In this document: positions 1 to 12,275 of the stretch, piece by piece
How the letters are laid out: each line of letters opens with the position of its first letter
Position numbering within the stretch: the first letter of the stretch is position 1
NCBI GenBank assembly: GCA_003278345.1
Contig: QCFH01000004.1
Coordinates: forward strand, 10,431 to 74,430
Origin: Prochlorococcus sp. AG-363-C02
GTDB taxonomy: Bacteria > Cyanobacteriota > Cyanobacteriia > PCC-6307 > Cyanobiaceae
Length of the DNA stretch: 64,000 nt
Direction: 5' to 3'
Program-made: the position numbers and the translations under genes
Notes under the pieces: generated by a model
Told to the model about the DNA's origin: nothing
Database searches by the model: none
Seen by the model: the letters and a program-made list of their open reading frames with translations, nothing else

Positions 1-495
1 TTCTATAGATTGTTTAGCATCAAATTTAGATAATCCTTGTTTTACTTCTCCTTCAGCAAGATCCATAATTACTCTACTCAAAAGCTTTACAACTTCTAAA
101 TTATTTAAGTTTGCAAGATGCCAACTAGCTTGAGCAAAAAGGAAATCGCCAGCGAGAACAGCTACTTTGGGATCAAATCGGTTATGAACAGTATCTACTC
201 CTCGACGCGTCGAAGCTTCGTCAACAACATCATCATGAACAAGAGATGCTGTATGAATCATTTCTGTTATTTCAGCTAATCTTCTATGTCTTTTTGAAAA
301 CTGACCATCTACAGATAAAGCCTTGGATATTAGAAGAACGATGCCAGGGCGAAGACGCTTACCTCCTGCACTGAACAAGTGTTCAGCGGCTGCCTGTAAT
401 ATCGGATGCCCAGCCCCTATAAGCACACGAAGATCCTTGAGAAGATGTTCTAAATCCATCTCAATAGGCAGAAGCAACTCAGTTACTGTGGCCAT
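1..495 (-). CDS. sds: Solanesyl/polyprenyl diphosphate synthase, 5' part (runs off the window's left edge)
   Basis: Manual translation from ATG at 495: MATVTELLLPIEMDL...GGKRLRP...EMIHTASLVHDDVVD...RRG, which contains the first Asp-rich DDxxD motif of trans-prenyltransferases. Confidence 0.92.
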   Translation of the reverse strand, partial: MATVTELLLPIEMDLEHLLKDLRVLIGAGHPILQAAAEHLFSAGGKRLRPGIVLLISKALSVDGQFSKRHRRLAEITEMIHTASLVHDDVVDEASTRRGVDTVHNRFDPKVAVLAGDFLFAQASWHLANLNNLEVVKLLSRVIMDLAEGEVKQGLSKFDAKQSIE

Positions 496-517
496 GAAAA
501 CAATCGATATAAAGATA

Positions 518-1321
518 TTAGAAGACGCAGGACCTAGAACGTAGAGAAATAATATCAACTTTAGGATTAATTCTCATCCACTGACTTAAGCCTAAAGAAA
601 ATCTTTGTGGGTCTGAGGTAACACAGAATCGAATATCAAAGGATGCTTTTGAGTTGTATAACGACGAATCCATGCGGTCTAACAAAGAATCCAAACGTCT
701 GGCCAAACCAATAGCAGGATCAATTATACGTATATGAGGAGGAATTAATTCACTGAAAATAGGTTTAATTAAAGGGAAGTGACTACAACCAAGAATAATT
801 GCTTCTACATCGTATTTAATTATTTTCTCAAGATAAAAAGAAGCAACCTCCCTAATATAATTTGAGTTCGATTGAACTCTTTCTATAAGTGGAACAAGTT
901 CTGGACATGCTTCTTCTATAACAAAAGCAGATTCTTTAAATGATTTTATTTTTTTTGTATATGCCTTAGAAGAGACAGTAGAAACGGTTGCAAGTACGCC
1001 TATTCTTGACTCATCTATTAGGTCCAAAGAAGAATCTATAAGATCAAATACTGGAACATTAGAGAATTTCTTAATAACATCTAGTGCAATAGAATTGGTT
1101 GTATTACATGCAACTACAATAGCGTCTATATTTTGAACATCAAACCAACTTACAATCTCAAAAGCTATTTCTCTAATTTCAGAGGTAGCTTTTGAGCCGT
1201 AAGGTAATCTTTCTGTATCAGCTAAATAAATTGCACTGAAATTTGAATGCCTAGAACATATACTTTTAAGTACACTAACTCCACCAAACCCACTATCAAA
1301 TAAAGCAATTCTTTTCTTCAA
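518..1321 (-). CDS. murI: Glutamate racemase
   Basis: FDSGFGG, PYG, VACNT and LGCSHFP catalytic Cys motifs. Confidence 0.95.
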   Translation of the reverse strand: MKKRIALFDSGFGGVSVLKSICSRHSNFSAIYLADTERLPYGSKATSEIREIAFEIVSWFDVQNIDAIVVACNTTNSIALDVIKKFSNVPVFDLIDSSLDLIDESRIGVLATVSTVSSKAYTKKIKSFKESAFVIEEACPELVPLIERVQSNSNYIREVASFYLEKIIKYDVEAIILGCSHFPLIKPIFSELIPPHIRIIDPAIGLARRLDSLLDRMDSSLYNSKASFDIRFCVTSDPQRFSLGLSQWMRINPKVDIISLRSRSCVF

Positions 1322-2409
1322 TATGTCTCCTTAAGATATTTAAGTATTCCTTTGGCTATTGCAAAAGCTATCTGATCTCTATAAGTTTGTTGAGATAATA
1401 AACGTGAATCAACTCTACCTGTTAAAAAGCCCACTTCTACTAATGCAGCTGGCATATGGGTATGTTTTATTACAAAGAATCGGCTTTGACGAACACCTCT
1501 ATCTGGACTTCCTCCAGGTACCTTAACAAGTTCACTTTGTATTTTATTTGCTAAATTCTTTCCGTTATATCCTCTATAAAAATATGTCTCTATTCCGCTT
1601 ACATCTCTCCTATAACCTCTAACAGCATTTGCATGAATGCTTATAAAGGCATTAGCATAAGATTTATTTGCAATTATCACTCTTTCTGATAAATCCAAAT
1701 CAATATCTTTAGTTCTAGTTAATTGAACAGCCACACCCTTTGAAGAAAGGTAACGTGATACTTTCTTCGAAATATCTAAAACAATATCAGTCTCTTTAAC
1801 TCCTCTAAGTCCTATTGCCCCAGTATCAGGCCCGCCATGGCCTGGATCAATGATTATTTTAAATCTACCTGTTTCAACATTAGGAAGAGAATTTGAATTT
1901 AATCTATTATTTAAAAATCTATTTCTTGAACTAGCTAAAGTCAAATTCGAAGTTTTTGTAGTTACATCTCCTTCTCCAAAACTCTCTAAATTAAATACAT
2001 TAAGTCCTGTTAAGCGTAATTCCCATAATGTTGGAGATTTACCTAAAAGCTTTAAATCAGAAGGGTTAAGAGAGACATTTTGATCAAATTCGACAACTAA
2101 TCTAGTATTTCCAACAAAAGGTTTCCCGAGTCTTATTTCCTTAATTGGTCCATTTCCTTTAAGTTTTCTTGGTTGGATTAATTCACCAGGAAAATCTATC
2201 CACAAACGATCTCCAATATTCTTATAACCTGGTTGATAATAAGCATTCAAATTGGCATTAGCTGAAGTTCGAAGTTTCAAAACGCCTTCAGAAGTAATAA
2301 GCCATGCAGCTAAAACACTTGCTGCACTTAAAGGCAAAGAATTTAAAAATGTAAGTAAAAAAACAACTAAGACAAACCAGGTTTTTGATTTTGACTTAAT
2401 TAACCACAT
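1318..2409 (-). CDS. N-acetylmuramoyl-L-alanine amidase (signal peptide, AMIN-like domain, Amidase_3)
   Basis: IDPGHGG, SIHAN and LVEVGF zinc-amidase motifs; hydrophobic N-terminus. Confidence 0.92.
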   Translation of the reverse strand: MWLIKSKSKTWFVLVVFLLTFLNSLPLSAASVLAAWLITSEGVLKLRTSANANLNAYYQPGYKNIGDRLWIDFPGELIQPRKLKGNGPIKEIRLGKPFVGNTRLVVEFDQNVSLNPSDLKLLGKSPTLWELRLTGLNVFNLESFGEGDVTTKTSNLTLASSRNRFLNNRLNSNSLPNVETGRFKIIIDPGHGGPDTGAIGLRGVKETDIVLDISKKVSRYLSSKGVAVQLTRTKDIDLDLSERVIIANKSYANAFISIHANAVRGYRRDVSGIETYFYRGYNGKNLANKIQSELVKVPGGSPDRGVRQSRFFVIKHTHMPAALVEVGFLTGRVDSRLLSQQTYRDQIAFAIAKGILKYLKETY

Positions 2410-2414
2410 AGATT

Positions 2415-3236
2415 TTAAAAAAAATCTTCTTTTCTATGCTTTAAGCATGGCATTTGATTCCTAATACTCTCAACTCTGGAAGAATCGACAGGTGCAATTG
2501 CTGCTCCCTCTTGAACGCCAGCATCGGCAAGAACAGTTCCCCATGGATCAATTATCATTGCGTGACCATGGCTTTGACGACGGCGATAATGCTCTCCTGT
2601 CTGCGCAGGAGCAACGACATAAGCAGTATTCTCAATGGCTCTTGATTGAAGCAAAATTTGCCAATGATCTTTTCCGGTAAAAGCTGTAAATGCAGCTGGG
2701 ATCATTAACAACTCAGCCCCTTCACTTACAAGATGCCTATACAATTCAGGAAATCGAACGTCATAACAAATAGACACCCCTACCTTACATAAACCAGGGA
2801 TATCAATAACAGGAGGTAATTCTTGGCCTGGAATAATTGTCTCGGATTCTCTGTATTTATTCCCATCAGGTAAATCAACATCAAAAAGATGTATTTTATC
2901 GTACCTACCAAGTAATTGTCCGTCTTTACCTACAAGCTCTGCTCTATTTAGGGTACGTTTACCATCATCTGCAGGGACTGGGAAACCTCCTCCTAAAAGA
3001 AATATTTGATAACGACGAGCCATTGTTACTAAAAACTTACTGCACTTTTCAGATAAAGATGATGCAATCTCTAATCGTTTTTGATCATCTCCAATAAAAG
3101 CAAAATTCTCTGGCAATCCAATTAACTCAGCCCCTCTACGAGAAGCAAGTTCAATTTGCTCCTCTGCAATAGCAAGATTAGCCTCCACATTAGAGGTACT
3201 TGTTATTTGAATTGCCGCTGCTAGGAAATCCGACAA
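2415..3236 (-). CDS. Carbon-nitrogen hydrolase, Nit1-like (probable deaminated-glutathione amidase)
   Basis: LPEN, YDKIHLFDV and ICYDVRFPE catalytic Glu-Lys-Cys triad; FTAFTGKDHW; TTG start. Confidence 0.88.
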   Translation of the reverse strand: MSDFLAAAIQITSTSNVEANLAIAEEQIELASRRGAELIGLPENFAFIGDDQKRLEIASSLSEKCSKFLVTMARRYQIFLLGGGFPVPADDGKRTLNRAELVGKDGQLLGRYDKIHLFDVDLPDGNKYRESETIIPGQELPPVIDIPGLCKVGVSICYDVRFPELYRHLVSEGAELLMIPAAFTAFTGKDHWQILLQSRAIENTAYVVAPAQTGEHYRRRQSHGHAMIIDPWGTVLADAGVQEGAAIAPVDSSRVESIRNQMPCLKHRKEDFF

Positions 3237-3266
3237 AAGCTTAAACCAAATGAGGAAGAAGAGAAA

Positions 3267-3998
3267 TCAAAGAGAAAAGAGAATACCTTTTTCTCTTTGT
3301 TCTGGAACAGTACTTATATTATCTAGTTCTGAACAACAAAGGAAATCCTGATCATGATTCCCAATTCTCTGAAGTCTTTGTCCATGTGTAGATTTACGCA
3401 AACATCCAATCAAATCTGTTTCCCAACAAGTCCAGAGGGCAATAGCGGCATTTAATTCATCATTAATTATTTGAACTGAATTCTGTTTCGAACTCATAAG
3501 AAATGAGGCAAGTGCTCCTGCTGCAAGAGAATCCTCCAAAGAATAAGATCCTTCCCATCCACTCCCAAGGATAAGCACTTGATCATTTTTCTGTGAAAGT
3601 AGTTTTTCACCGACAGCCTTTCTATTAACTAAAGACATTGCATAAACATTTTTAAAATCTCTTACCCTTGCAAATGATCGGGTTCCATTTGTTGTACTCA
3701 TAAATATTCTCTTATCTTCTACAACGTCTTTAGTAACTGCAATAGGAGAGTTTCCTAAATCAAATCCCTCTAATTTTTTTCCTCCTCTTTCTCCCAAAAG
3801 AATTCTTTCAGAAGATGGCCATAGAGATGACTCTTTCTTTAATAAATCTAAATCAGCAAAAGTTTGTACAGATGCTGCTCCATTATTCAGAGCACAGGCA
3901 ATTGTTGTTGTCGCTCTAAGGACATCGATTACAACAGCTGTTTCTTCCTCAATATTCTCCGGTACATCATCAGCTACATGATAATAACTAAGATCCAT
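3267..3998 (-). CDS. comB: 2-phosphosulfolactate phosphatase family protein
   Basis: VIDVLRATTT, GERGG, GNSP, STTNGT and SLED motifs; start set at MDLSYY (ATG 3998) rather than the longer ORF start. Confidence 0.88.
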   Translation of the reverse strand: MDLSYYHVADDVPENIEEETAVVIDVLRATTTIACALNNGAASVQTFADLDLLKKESSLWPSSERILLGERGGKKLEGFDLGNSPIAVTKDVVEDKRIFMSTTNGTRSFARVRDFKNVYAMSLVNRKAVGEKLLSQKNDQVLILGSGWEGSYSLEDSLAAGALASFLMSSKQNSVQIINDELNAAIALWTCWETDLIGCLRKSTHGQRLQRIGNHDQDFLCCSELDNISTVPEQREKGILFSL

Positions 3999-4061
3999 GG
4001 TCCAATCTGTGACAATCTGAGTAAGAGTAACTAAAACATTGATATCAATGTGAAGAACATA

Positions 4062-5627
4062 ATGAATGTTTTCCAAAAACGAACAGCATCTCAAGATATG
4101 AGGGCCTTCCTAACACTCCTCGAAACAAAAGGACAATTAAAAAGAATCAGCAAGCCAGTAGATGCTGATCTAGAACTGGCAGCTATAAGTGATCGAGTTC
4201 TGGGAAAAGGAGGGCCTGCTTTAGTATTTGAAAATGTAATTGGTTCTTCTATCCCTGTCGCAATAAATCTTCTAGGAACAGTAGAGAGAGTTGCCTGGAG
4301 TATGGGATACGAAACGATTGAAGAGCTGGAAGAACTAGGGATAAAACTATCTTCACTGCAGCAACCTGAACCGCCTAAGGGAATCAAAGAATCAATAAAG
4401 TTTGGATCTTTGCTATGGGATTTGATTAAAGCCAAACCAGATATAGATTTACTTCCTCCGTGCCATCAAAAAGTGATAAAAGATGACGATATAGATTTGA
4501 ATGATTTTCCACTCATACGCCCTTGGCCTGAAGATGCAAGCAAAATAATTACATTTGGTTTAGTAATAACAAAAGATCCTGAAACAAAAATTCCAAATGT
4601 AGGAGTTTATAGACTTCAGAAACAATCTAAAAACACTTTGACTGTGCACTGGTTAAGTGTAAGAGGCGGGGCTAGACATTTAAGAAAGGCTGCGGCAATG
4701 GGAGAAAAATTAGAAATAGCCATAGCTATTGGAGTACACCCTCTGTTAATCATGGCTGCTGCAACCCCCATTCCTGTTGCATTAAGTGAATGGCTCTTTG
4801 CTGGGCTTTATGCAGGAGAAGGAGTCAGGCTAACTAAATGCAAAACAGTTGATATTGCTGTCCCGAGTCATAGTGAAATAGTTCTCGAGGGGACTATTAC
4901 ACCAGGAGAGGAGATGAAAGATGGTCCTTTTGGGGATCATATGGGTTATTACGGAGGAGTTGAAAACTCTCCTTTAATAAGATTAAGCTGTATAACTCAC
5001 AGAAAAAGTCCTATCTATCTAACAACTTTTAGTGGAAGACCACCAAAAGAAGAAGCAATGCTAGCAATTGCCTTAAACAGAATTTATACACCTATTTTAC
5101 GTAGTCAAATCCCGGAAATTGTCGATTTCTTCCTGCCAATGGAGGCTTTAAGTTATAAATTAGCTATAATATCTATCAACAAAGCTTTCCCTGGTCATGC
5201 AAAAAGAGCAGCAATATCTTTTTGGAGTGCCTTACCTCAATTTACTTACACTAAATTTGTTGTTGTTGTTGACTCAACAATAAACGTTAGAGATCCTCGT
5301 CAAGTCATTTGGGCAATTTCAAGCTTAGTTGATCCTCAAAGAGATCTATTAAATATAGAAAATACACCTTTTGATAGCCTTGATTTTGCAAGCGAGAATA
5401 TTGGTCTAGGTGGGAGACTAGCAATAGACGCAACAACTAAATTAGGCCCTGAAATACGCCATGAATGGGGAAAACCTCTTTATCATTCTGATGAATTACA
5501 AAAGAAAATCGATTCCAGATGGGATGAGTTAGGTCTTTCAGATATAAAGAATCAAGAGCCCGATCCATCATTATTTGGCTATGTAATAAATGAGGTTGTT
5601 AGACTTAATCACATCACAAAATCCTAA
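4062..5627 (+). CDS. ubiD: UbiD family prenylated-FMN decarboxylase (plastoquinone pathway)
   Basis: NVGVYRLQ, DGPFGDHMGYY, GRPPKEE and IDATTK motifs; start uncertain (4050/4062). Confidence 0.92.
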   Translation: MNVFQKRTASQDMRAFLTLLETKGQLKRISKPVDADLELAAISDRVLGKGGPALVFENVIGSSIPVAINLLGTVERVAWSMGYETIEELEELGIKLSSLQQPEPPKGIKESIKFGSLLWDLIKAKPDIDLLPPCHQKVIKDDDIDLNDFPLIRPWPEDASKIITFGLVITKDPETKIPNVGVYRLQKQSKNTLTVHWLSVRGGARHLRKAAAMGEKLEIAIAIGVHPLLIMAAATPIPVALSEWLFAGLYAGEGVRLTKCKTVDIAVPSHSEIVLEGTITPGEEMKDGPFGDHMGYYGGVENSPLIRLSCITHRKSPIYLTTFSGRPPKEEAMLAIALNRIYTPILRSQIPEIVDFFLPMEALSYKLAIISINKAFPGHAKRAAISFWSALPQFTYTKFVVVVDSTINVRDPRQVIWAISSLVDPQRDLLNIENTPFDSLDFASENIGLGGRLAIDATTKLGPEIRHEWGKPLYHSDELQKKIDSRWDELGLSDIKNQEPDPSLFGYVINEVVRLNHITKS

Positions 5628-5698
5628 ATGGATAATAAGAAACTCTTTTTCTAAACCTTTAGCTAATAAGATTTATAAGAATTAAATAGAGTCAGCCC

Positions 5699-7030
5699 TT
5701 GATCATAAATAACACTAGCTCAACATCTATAAGAGAAATCGAACCAGGAGGAAGTTTAAATGGGAAAGTAAAAGTACCAGGAGACAAGTCCATTTCACAT
5801 CGAGCTCTCTTATTTGGAGCAATATCTGAAGGTGAAACAACTATTCAAGGTTTACTTCCTGCAGAGGATCCAATTAGCACGGCAAGGTGCCTAAGATCAA
5901 TGGGAGTAAATATAAGTCCTATAAAACAAGGTGAATTAATAAAGGTTCAGGGTGTAGGTCTTGATGGACTCCAAGAGCCAGAGAAAATTCTTGATTGTGG
6001 AAATTCAGGTACCACAATGAGATTGTTGCTTGGATTGTTAGTTGGTAGAGAAAGTAGACATTTTGTATTAACTGGAGACTCTTCATTAAGAAAAAGACCC
6101 ATGAAAAGAATTGGCAATCCACTTACTATGATGGGAGGGAAAGTCCATGGACGTTCTAAAGGGGAATTTGCTCCCTTAAGTGTAATAGGGAGACAACTCC
6201 ATGGAGCTGTTATTGGAACGCCTGTAGCCAGTGCGCAAATCAAATCTGCCATTCTACTTGCAGCACTTACTGCCGAAGGAACAACAACAGTTATTGAACC
6301 AGCTAATTCAAGGGATCATACCGAGAGAATGCTTAAAGCATTTGGAGCTAATATAAAAGTCAGTGGCGAAATGGGTAGGCATATAACATTGAAATCTGGA
6401 GAGAATCTAAAAGGTACAAAAGTTATTGTCCCAGGAGATATCAGTTCTGCTGCTTTCTGGTTAATAGCAGGAGCTTTAATCCCTGAATCAGATATAACTA
6501 TTGAAAATGTTGGCCTAAACCCAACAAGGACAGGTGTACTTGAAATCGCCGAACAGATGGGAATAAACTTTAATCTGCAAAACAAAAAAGAAGTTGCGGG
6601 AGAACCGGTTGGTGATATTAATGTTGTTTACAGCAGATATCTTAAAGCGTTTAATTTAGATAATGAAATAATGCCAAGACTTATTGATGAAGTACCAATT
6701 CTTATTGTAGCGGCATGCTTCTGTGAGGGAACAACTCAAATAACTGGTGCTAGTGAATTGCGCGTCAAAGAAACCGATAGACTTAAAGTAATGACAAAAC
6801 AGCTAACAAAAATGGGTGCTAATATTGTAGAAAATCCAGACGGCTTAAAAATAAAAGGAATTAGAAAGCTTATAGGGGCTGATGTAGACAGTGAAACAGA
6901 CCATCGTGTAGCGATGAGTCTTGCTATAGCCTCCTTATTAGCACACGGTAAGTCAACCATAACAAGAAGTGATGCAGCATATGTTTCATATCCTGAATTC
7001 TGGAATGACCTTGCAAGGCTTAAATCATAG
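5699..7030 (+). CDS. aroA: 3-phosphoshikimate 1-carboxyvinyltransferase (EPSP synthase)
   Basis: [33 protein letters not shown] and DHRVAM motifs. Confidence 0.97.
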   Translation: MIINNTSSTSIREIEPGGSLNGKVKVPGDKSISHRALLFGAISEGETTIQGLLPAEDPISTARCLRSMGVNISPIKQGELIKVQGVGLDGLQEPEKILDCGNSGTTMRLLLGLLVGRESRHFVLTGDSSLRKRPMKRIGNPLTMMGGKVHGRSKGEFAPLSVIGRQLHGAVIGTPVASAQIKSAILLAALTAEGTTTVIEPANSRDHTERMLKAFGANIKVSGEMGRHITLKSGENLKGTKVIVPGDISSAAFWLIAGALIPESDITIENVGLNPTRTGVLEIAEQMGINFNLQNKKEVAGEPVGDINVVYSRYLKAFNLDNEIMPRLIDEVPILIVAACFCEGTTQITGASELRVKETDRLKVMTKQLTKMGANIVENPDGLKIKGIRKLIGADVDSETDHRVAMSLAIASLLAHGKSTITRSDAAYVSYPEFWNDLARLKS

Positions 7031-7952
7031 TTCTATAGACTTCTACAATTACTCAGATAAATTTTCTGTCCATGAAACAAAAGATGGAAGTATAAGTTTA
7101 AGAAGTTCAAATTTTAATGAATTGTTTCATAGTTTTTCTGGTGCAAAAAAAGAATCTTTAGAGAAATATATAAATCCATCTGAACTAAGTCGTTTTAGAA
7201 AAAAAGGAATCGTTACTGTATTAGATGTCTGTTTAGGAATGGGATACAACTCAGCTTCTCTAATAGAAACTCTTAAAAATGAAAAAGTTTATCTAAATTT
7301 GTGGGCTCTGGAAATTGATAAAAACCCCCTTAATATTGCACTAGAAAATGCAAATTTCAGATCAAACTGGTCAACTAATACAATTAAGATTTTAAATAAG
7401 ATCTTGAAACATAATACATTTAATAATGAATTGATTAATGCTGAAATATTATGGGGCGATGCAAGAAAGAGTATTAATAAAATACCAAAAGATATAAAAT
7501 TTGATTTGATATATTTGGATCCATTCTCTCCACAAAAATGTCCATGCCTCTGGAGTGAGGAATTTTTAACTAAATTATCTAATAAACTTAATGATAACGG
7601 ATGGTTGATTACATATAGTAGAGCTGCTGCTATAAGAACAAGTCTAAAAAATTCCGGCTTAGATATAAAAACTATTATACCAAGAGATAACTATAAAGCT
7701 TGGAGTAATGGTACTTTAGCTTTTAAAAATAATGACTATGAAAGCCAAGAGAATAAAATAAAGCTATGGTCAAATCTAAGCAAAATGGAAGAAGATCATT
7801 TAAAAACTCTTGCAGCGATTCCATACAGAGATCCTTCGGGAAAGTCAACACAGCCTGAGATCATATCCAGAAGGAACATTGAACAAAGTAAAAGTAATTT
7901 AAAACCTACAAGCTTATGGAAAAGACAATGGTTACATACAAAAGGCTATTAA
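7005..7952 (+). CDS. Stand-alone MnmC/MnmD-type SAM-dependent tRNA methyltransferase domain protein
   Basis: DGS...[16 protein letters not shown] and [11 protein letters not shown] motifs; start uncertain (ORF opens at 6969, overlapping aroA). Confidence 0.75.
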   Translation: MTLQGLNHSSIDFYNYSDKFSVHETKDGSISLRSSNFNELFHSFSGAKKESLEKYINPSELSRFRKKGIVTVLDVCLGMGYNSASLIETLKNEKVYLNLWALEIDKNPLNIALENANFRSNWSTNTIKILNKILKHNTFNNELINAEILWGDARKSINKIPKDIKFDLIYLDPFSPQKCPCLWSEEFLTKLSNKLNDNGWLITYSRAAAIRTSLKNSGLDIKTIIPRDNYKAWSNGTLAFKNNDYESQENKIKLWSNLSKMEEDHLKTLAAIPYRDPSGKSTQPEIISRRNIEQSKSNLKPTSLWKRQWLHTKGY

Positions 7953-7986
7953 AAATAGTAGATTTGCAATTAGCGAATTAATTAAC

Positions 7987-9354
7987 ATGCTTGCAATCGC
8001 GATATTAGCTGCTGGCAAAGGGACGAGGATGAAAAGTTCTCTCCCAAAGGTAATGCAGGAACTCGCAGGTCTATCGCTTATTGAAAGAGTATTAAAAAGC
8101 AGCCAAGGGATCAATCCAGACAGAACAATTGTCATTGTTGGACATGAATCAAATAAAGTTAAAAGTAAAATAAGCCATCTAACTGAAATTGAATTTGTAG
8201 AGCAAATACCTCAAAAAGGAACAGGACATGCAATTCAGCAGCTCATTCCAATCCTCAATGATTTCAAAGGAAACCTCCTAGTTTTAAATGGAGATGTACC
8301 ACTTCTAACCACAAATACAATTAAAAAGTTAGTTTCTCATCATTCCGAAAGCCATGCGGATGTTTCCATACTTTCTGCAAGAACTAATGATCCAAAAGGG
8401 TATGGAAGAGTATTTGCAGATGAAAATGGTAAAGTATCCAAAATAACTGAAGAGCGAGACTGCTCAGAACTAGAAAAAGAGAACAACCTAACTAATGCAG
8501 GTGTTTATTGCTTCAATTGGCTAAAATTAAGAGAAATACTACCTACTTTATCCAACATAAATAATCAAAATGAGATTTACCTTACAGATGCGATAGCCAA
8601 GCTGCCATCAGCAGTTCATTTAGAAACAAAGAATCCAGAAGAAACATGTGGCATAAATGATAAGCAACAACTCTCTAAATGTGAGCAATTACTCCAAGAA
8701 AAAATGATCAAGTTTTGGATGCGCGAAGGAGTTAAGTTTATAAATCCTTCAAGTTGTACTCTAAGTGAAAGCTGTAAGTTTGGGAAAGATATAGTTGTAG
8801 AACCAGAAACACATATACGAGGTAATACAATTATTGGAGATAATTGTATTATTGGACCTAATAGTTATATACAAAGTTCTAGGATTGGGGATAATTCAAA
8901 TATTTTCTATTCGGTAATAAAAGACTCTGTAATAGGAGAAAATGTAAATATAGGACCTTATTCACATATAAGACCAAATTCAAATATAAGCAATAAGTGT
9001 AAAATAGGAAATTTTGTAGAAGTTAAAAACTCTATTTTACGAAAAAGTACAAAAGCAAATCATCTTAGTTATATTGGTGATTCAGATATAGGTGAAGAAG
9101 TAAATATCGGTGCAGGTACAATCACAGCAAACTTTGATGGTAAGAATAAAAACAAAACAATGATTGGAGCTTATAGTAAAACAGGTGCAAATTCTGTGCT
9201 TATAGCTCCTGTTGAGATAGGTGAACGTGTGACCATAGGCGCAGGTTCAACTATAACTCAAACCGTACCAAGTAATTCTTTGGCAATTAGTCGCTCTAAA
9301 CAGATTATAAAGGAAAACTGGTCATTAAAACGAAAGAATATTAAAGACATTTAA
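7987..9354 (+). CDS. glmU: Bifunctional UDP-GlcNAc pyrophosphorylase / GlcN-1-P acetyltransferase
   Basis: [16 protein letters not shown], hexapeptide repeats, GNFVEVK, HLSYIGD. Confidence 0.97.
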   Translation: MLAIAILAAGKGTRMKSSLPKVMQELAGLSLIERVLKSSQGINPDRTIVIVGHESNKVKSKISHLTEIEFVEQIPQKGTGHAIQQLIPILNDFKGNLLVLNGDVPLLTTNTIKKLVSHHSESHADVSILSARTNDPKGYGRVFADENGKVSKITEERDCSELEKENNLTNAGVYCFNWLKLREILPTLSNINNQNEIYLTDAIAKLPSAVHLETKNPEETCGINDKQQLSKCEQLLQEKMIKFWMREGVKFINPSSCTLSESCKFGKDIVVEPETHIRGNTIIGDNCIIGPNSYIQSSRIGDNSNIFYSVIKDSVIGENVNIGPYSHIRPNSNISNKCKIGNFVEVKNSILRKSTKANHLSYIGDSDIGEEVNIGAGTITANFDGKNKNKTMIGAYSKTGANSVLIAPVEIGERVTIGAGSTITQTVPSNSLAISRSKQIIKENWSLKRKNIKDI

Positions 9355-10738
9355 GTAAAGGAATTAATCTTTCTAAAGCAACCTTTCTACTAGCTTTAAG
9401 CAAAAGATAATCTCCGGGTTTGAGCCATTTTTTTAATAAATAAAAAGCCTCTTCTGGAGAAGAAACTAAATCGATATAACTCAAAGTACTACCGGCTAAA
9501 AACATAGCCTCTACTTCTGGTCCATTTCCAAAAACTATTAAACCCGTTATTCCTATTTCAACAGCATGTTCAATTACTTGAACATGCTGTTGAACGCTTT
9601 GTGATCCAAGTTCGTACATATTTCCAAGGACTGCAAATTTACGGCCATTCTTTGTCATCAAAAAATCTAGTAGAGCCAAAACCGACTCGGGCGAAGAATT
9701 ATAAGTCTCATCTAATATGGTTATTCCTTTAATAGTAATCAATCTATTCCTTCCAAATGAAGAACCTAGTAATTTAATATTACAGATTAAATCAAGAGGA
9801 ATATTTAATTCATTAGCTACGGCTAAGGTCAATAAAAAATTATTTGCGTTATGTTTACCTGGCAATGGCAACTCAAACTTCTTATCCTGATAAATTAATT
9901 GCCATTTTTCCTCGTCAAGCAAGCCAATAATATCAATTTCTTTTTCCGCTTTATTAGTAGAACTAAAACTAGACCTTCCCTTTTCTTTTAAACCAACACG
10001 AATAATTCTACCTTGCCATCTTGAACACAATACCTCTTCTAACAAGGCATCTCCCGCTAATATAATAACTACACCCTTTGGATCTAAGTACGATGTTATC
10101 TCACATTTAGCCATTGCAATATTTCTACGGCTACCAAGTAAAGCCATATGAGCCGTCCCAATGTTTGTTATCACAGCAATATCCGGTCGTGAACATTTTG
10201 ACAATCTTTCTATCTGGCCTAATCCACGCATCCCCATTTCTACAACTATTGCTAAATCTCTAGTAGTAGCCGATAACAATGTCAAAGGTACTCCAATATC
10301 ATTATTATTATTTTTATCAGTTGAAGTTATACGACCTAATGTACTCAATGTAGAATAAATTAATTCTTTTGTCGTTGTTTTACCTACTGAACCAGTAATA
10401 GCAACTACAGGGATAGAAAGGGCTTGGCGATGAAGGAATGCTATTTCCTGAAAAGCAATTAATGTATCATCTACTCTCCAATGAAGTAATTCTTTTGGGA
10501 TAAGAAAATTACAATCTTTTGAGATAACAGCTCCTTGAACACCAATCGCAATGACTTGATTTAAAAATTGATGCCCATCAAAATTCTTACCCTTTAAAGG
10601 AACAAAGAAATTTCCATTCTCAAAGCTTCGGCTATCTATAGAAACTTTACCTAGAGGATCATCAAGATTTTTACCTTTAGAATGAAATGGTTGACCAAAG
10701 ATCTCTATCAGATTTAACAACTGAACTTCCATTTTCAA
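9341..10738 (-). CDS. murF: UDP-MurNAc-tripeptide:D-Ala-D-Ala ligase
   Basis: [38 protein letters not shown] and KASR motifs. Confidence 0.95.
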   Translation of the reverse strand: MKMEVQLLNLIEIFGQPFHSKGKNLDDPLGKVSIDSRSFENGNFFVPLKGKNFDGHQFLNQVIAIGVQGAVISKDCNFLIPKELLHWRVDDTLIAFQEIAFLHRQALSIPVVAITGSVGKTTTKELIYSTLSTLGRITSTDKNNNNDIGVPLTLLSATTRDLAIVVEMGMRGLGQIERLSKCSRPDIAVITNIGTAHMALLGSRRNIAMAKCEITSYLDPKGVVIILAGDALLEEVLCSRWQGRIIRVGLKEKGRSSFSSTNKAEKEIDIIGLLDEEKWQLIYQDKKFELPLPGKHNANNFLLTLAVANELNIPLDLICNIKLLGSSFGRNRLITIKGITILDETYNSSPESVLALLDFLMTKNGRKFAVLGNMYELGSQSVQQHVQVIEHAVEIGITGLIVFGNGPEVEAMFLAGSTLSYIDLVSSPEEAFYLLKKWLKPGDYLLLKASRKVALERLIPLLKCL

Positions 10739-10776
10739 TAAATCAAGTATTTATTAGATAAATCGATAAAACTTCT

Positions 10777-12237
10777 TCATTTTATATTTTTATTTTTTAA
10801 AGATGGATCTGCATCTTGTCCAACTGAAAATTTCTCTACCTCTTCAGCATCGGGAGATGGCTCTTTGGTTCCACTTACTTCCATATACATTTTTTCATAG
10901 TCTTTAGCAGATCTTTCCCAACTAAATTCCTGAGTCATTGCTCTCTTTTGTAATTTTGACCAACTGTCTTTATGCCGAAAAGCTTCCCAGGATCTAACTA
11001 AAGCGGTATAAAAATCAATTGGTTCAAATCTATCAAAACAAAACCCAGTACCAGATTCTAATGTTGGATCATGTGGAGTAACAGTATCTACCAAACCTCC
11101 GACTTTTCTAACAATTGGAATAGAACCATAACGCATGGCCAGTAACTGACTTATACCACAAGGCTCAAAACGACTAGGCATTAAGAAAGCATCTGTACCT
11201 GCATAAATCAATCTTGAAAGGAAATCATCATAGGTTAAGAAAACAGCAAACCGTCCTGGATGTTCTATTGCAAGTTGCCATAGTGCAGATTCCAATACTT
11301 GTTCACCAGTACCAAGAACAACAATTTGAGAATCAGTATAAGCTAATAATCTTCGCGTTACTTGCAAAAGCAAATCAACTCCCTTTTGATCGACTAATCT
11401 ACCAACCATGCCTAATAAATATTTTTCTGGATTTACTTCAAGCCCCATTTGTTTTTGTAGCGCCTCCTTATTAATAGACCGGCCAGAAATATTATCTGAA
11501 GAGAAATTAGCCGGAAGCGATTTATCAGAGGATGGATCCCACTCTTCTAAATCAATACCATTAAGAATTCCACGTAACTTTCCAGAAACATAGTTTAAGA
11601 GACCTTCAAGTGACTCTCCATACTCAGATGTTCTAATTTCTCTTGAATAAGTTGGAGAAACTGCATTAACTCTATCCGCATATAACATAGCTGCTGCCAT
11701 TGTATGGTCGCCGCTCATATACCAAGGGCACCACGTCATCCTTTCAAGCTTCCATCTCCAGGGACCTTGATATTTGAGATTATGAATTGTAAAAACAGTG
11801 CTTATTTCAGGATCTTGATGCATCCATACAGGGAGCATTCCAGTGTGCCAATCATGGCAATGCAAAACTTGAGGTTTCCATGAATTCCAAGCAAACTCAG
11901 CAGTGGCACTTGCAAAAAAAGTAAATCTCCAATCTTCATCATCTCCGCCATAAATCCTTTCAGGGTCAAAAACAGGATGTCCAACTAGATATAAAGGTAT
12001 GTTATGAATCGGATGCTTAGTTTCAAAAACGGCAAATTCAGATCCCATGGTCTGGGAACGAAAAACAGGCTCATTTGGTATATCTAACATTCCCCAGAGT
12101 TTGCTATATCCAGGAATAATTAAACGAACATCATGGCCAAGTTTTACTAATGATGGTGGCAAAGAAGCAACAACATCACCCATACCACCGACCTTTACCA
12201 TCGGTGCGCATTCAGCAGCAGCAAAAAGAACGCGCAT
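10777..12237 (-). CDS. glgA: Glycogen synthase
   Basis: [11 protein letters not shown]-glucose motif, [14 protein letters not shown]. Confidence 0.97.
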   Translation of the reverse strand: MRVLFAAAECAPMVKVGGMGDVVASLPPSLVKLGHDVRLIIPGYSKLWGMLDIPNEPVFRSQTMGSEFAVFETKHPIHNIPLYLVGHPVFDPERIYGGDDEDWRFTFFASATAEFAWNSWKPQVLHCHDWHTGMLPVWMHQDPEISTVFTIHNLKYQGPWRWKLERMTWCPWYMSGDHTMAAAMLYADRVNAVSPTYSREIRTSEYGESLEGLLNYVSGKLRGILNGIDLEEWDPSSDKSLPANFSSDNISGRSINKEALQKQMGLEVNPEKYLLGMVGRLVDQKGVDLLLQVTRRLLAYTDSQIVVLGTGEQVLESALWQLAIEHPGRFAVFLTYDDFLSRLIYAGTDAFLMPSRFEPCGISQLLAMRYGSIPIVRKVGGLVDTVTPHDPTLESGTGFCFDRFEPIDFYTALVRSWEAFRHKDSWSKLQKRAMTQEFSWERSAKDYEKMYMEVSGTKEPSPDAEEVEKFSVGQDADPSLKNKNIK

Positions 12238-12275
12238 TTACAACAAGACTCAAGAAGTTAAGCAATACTAGTAGC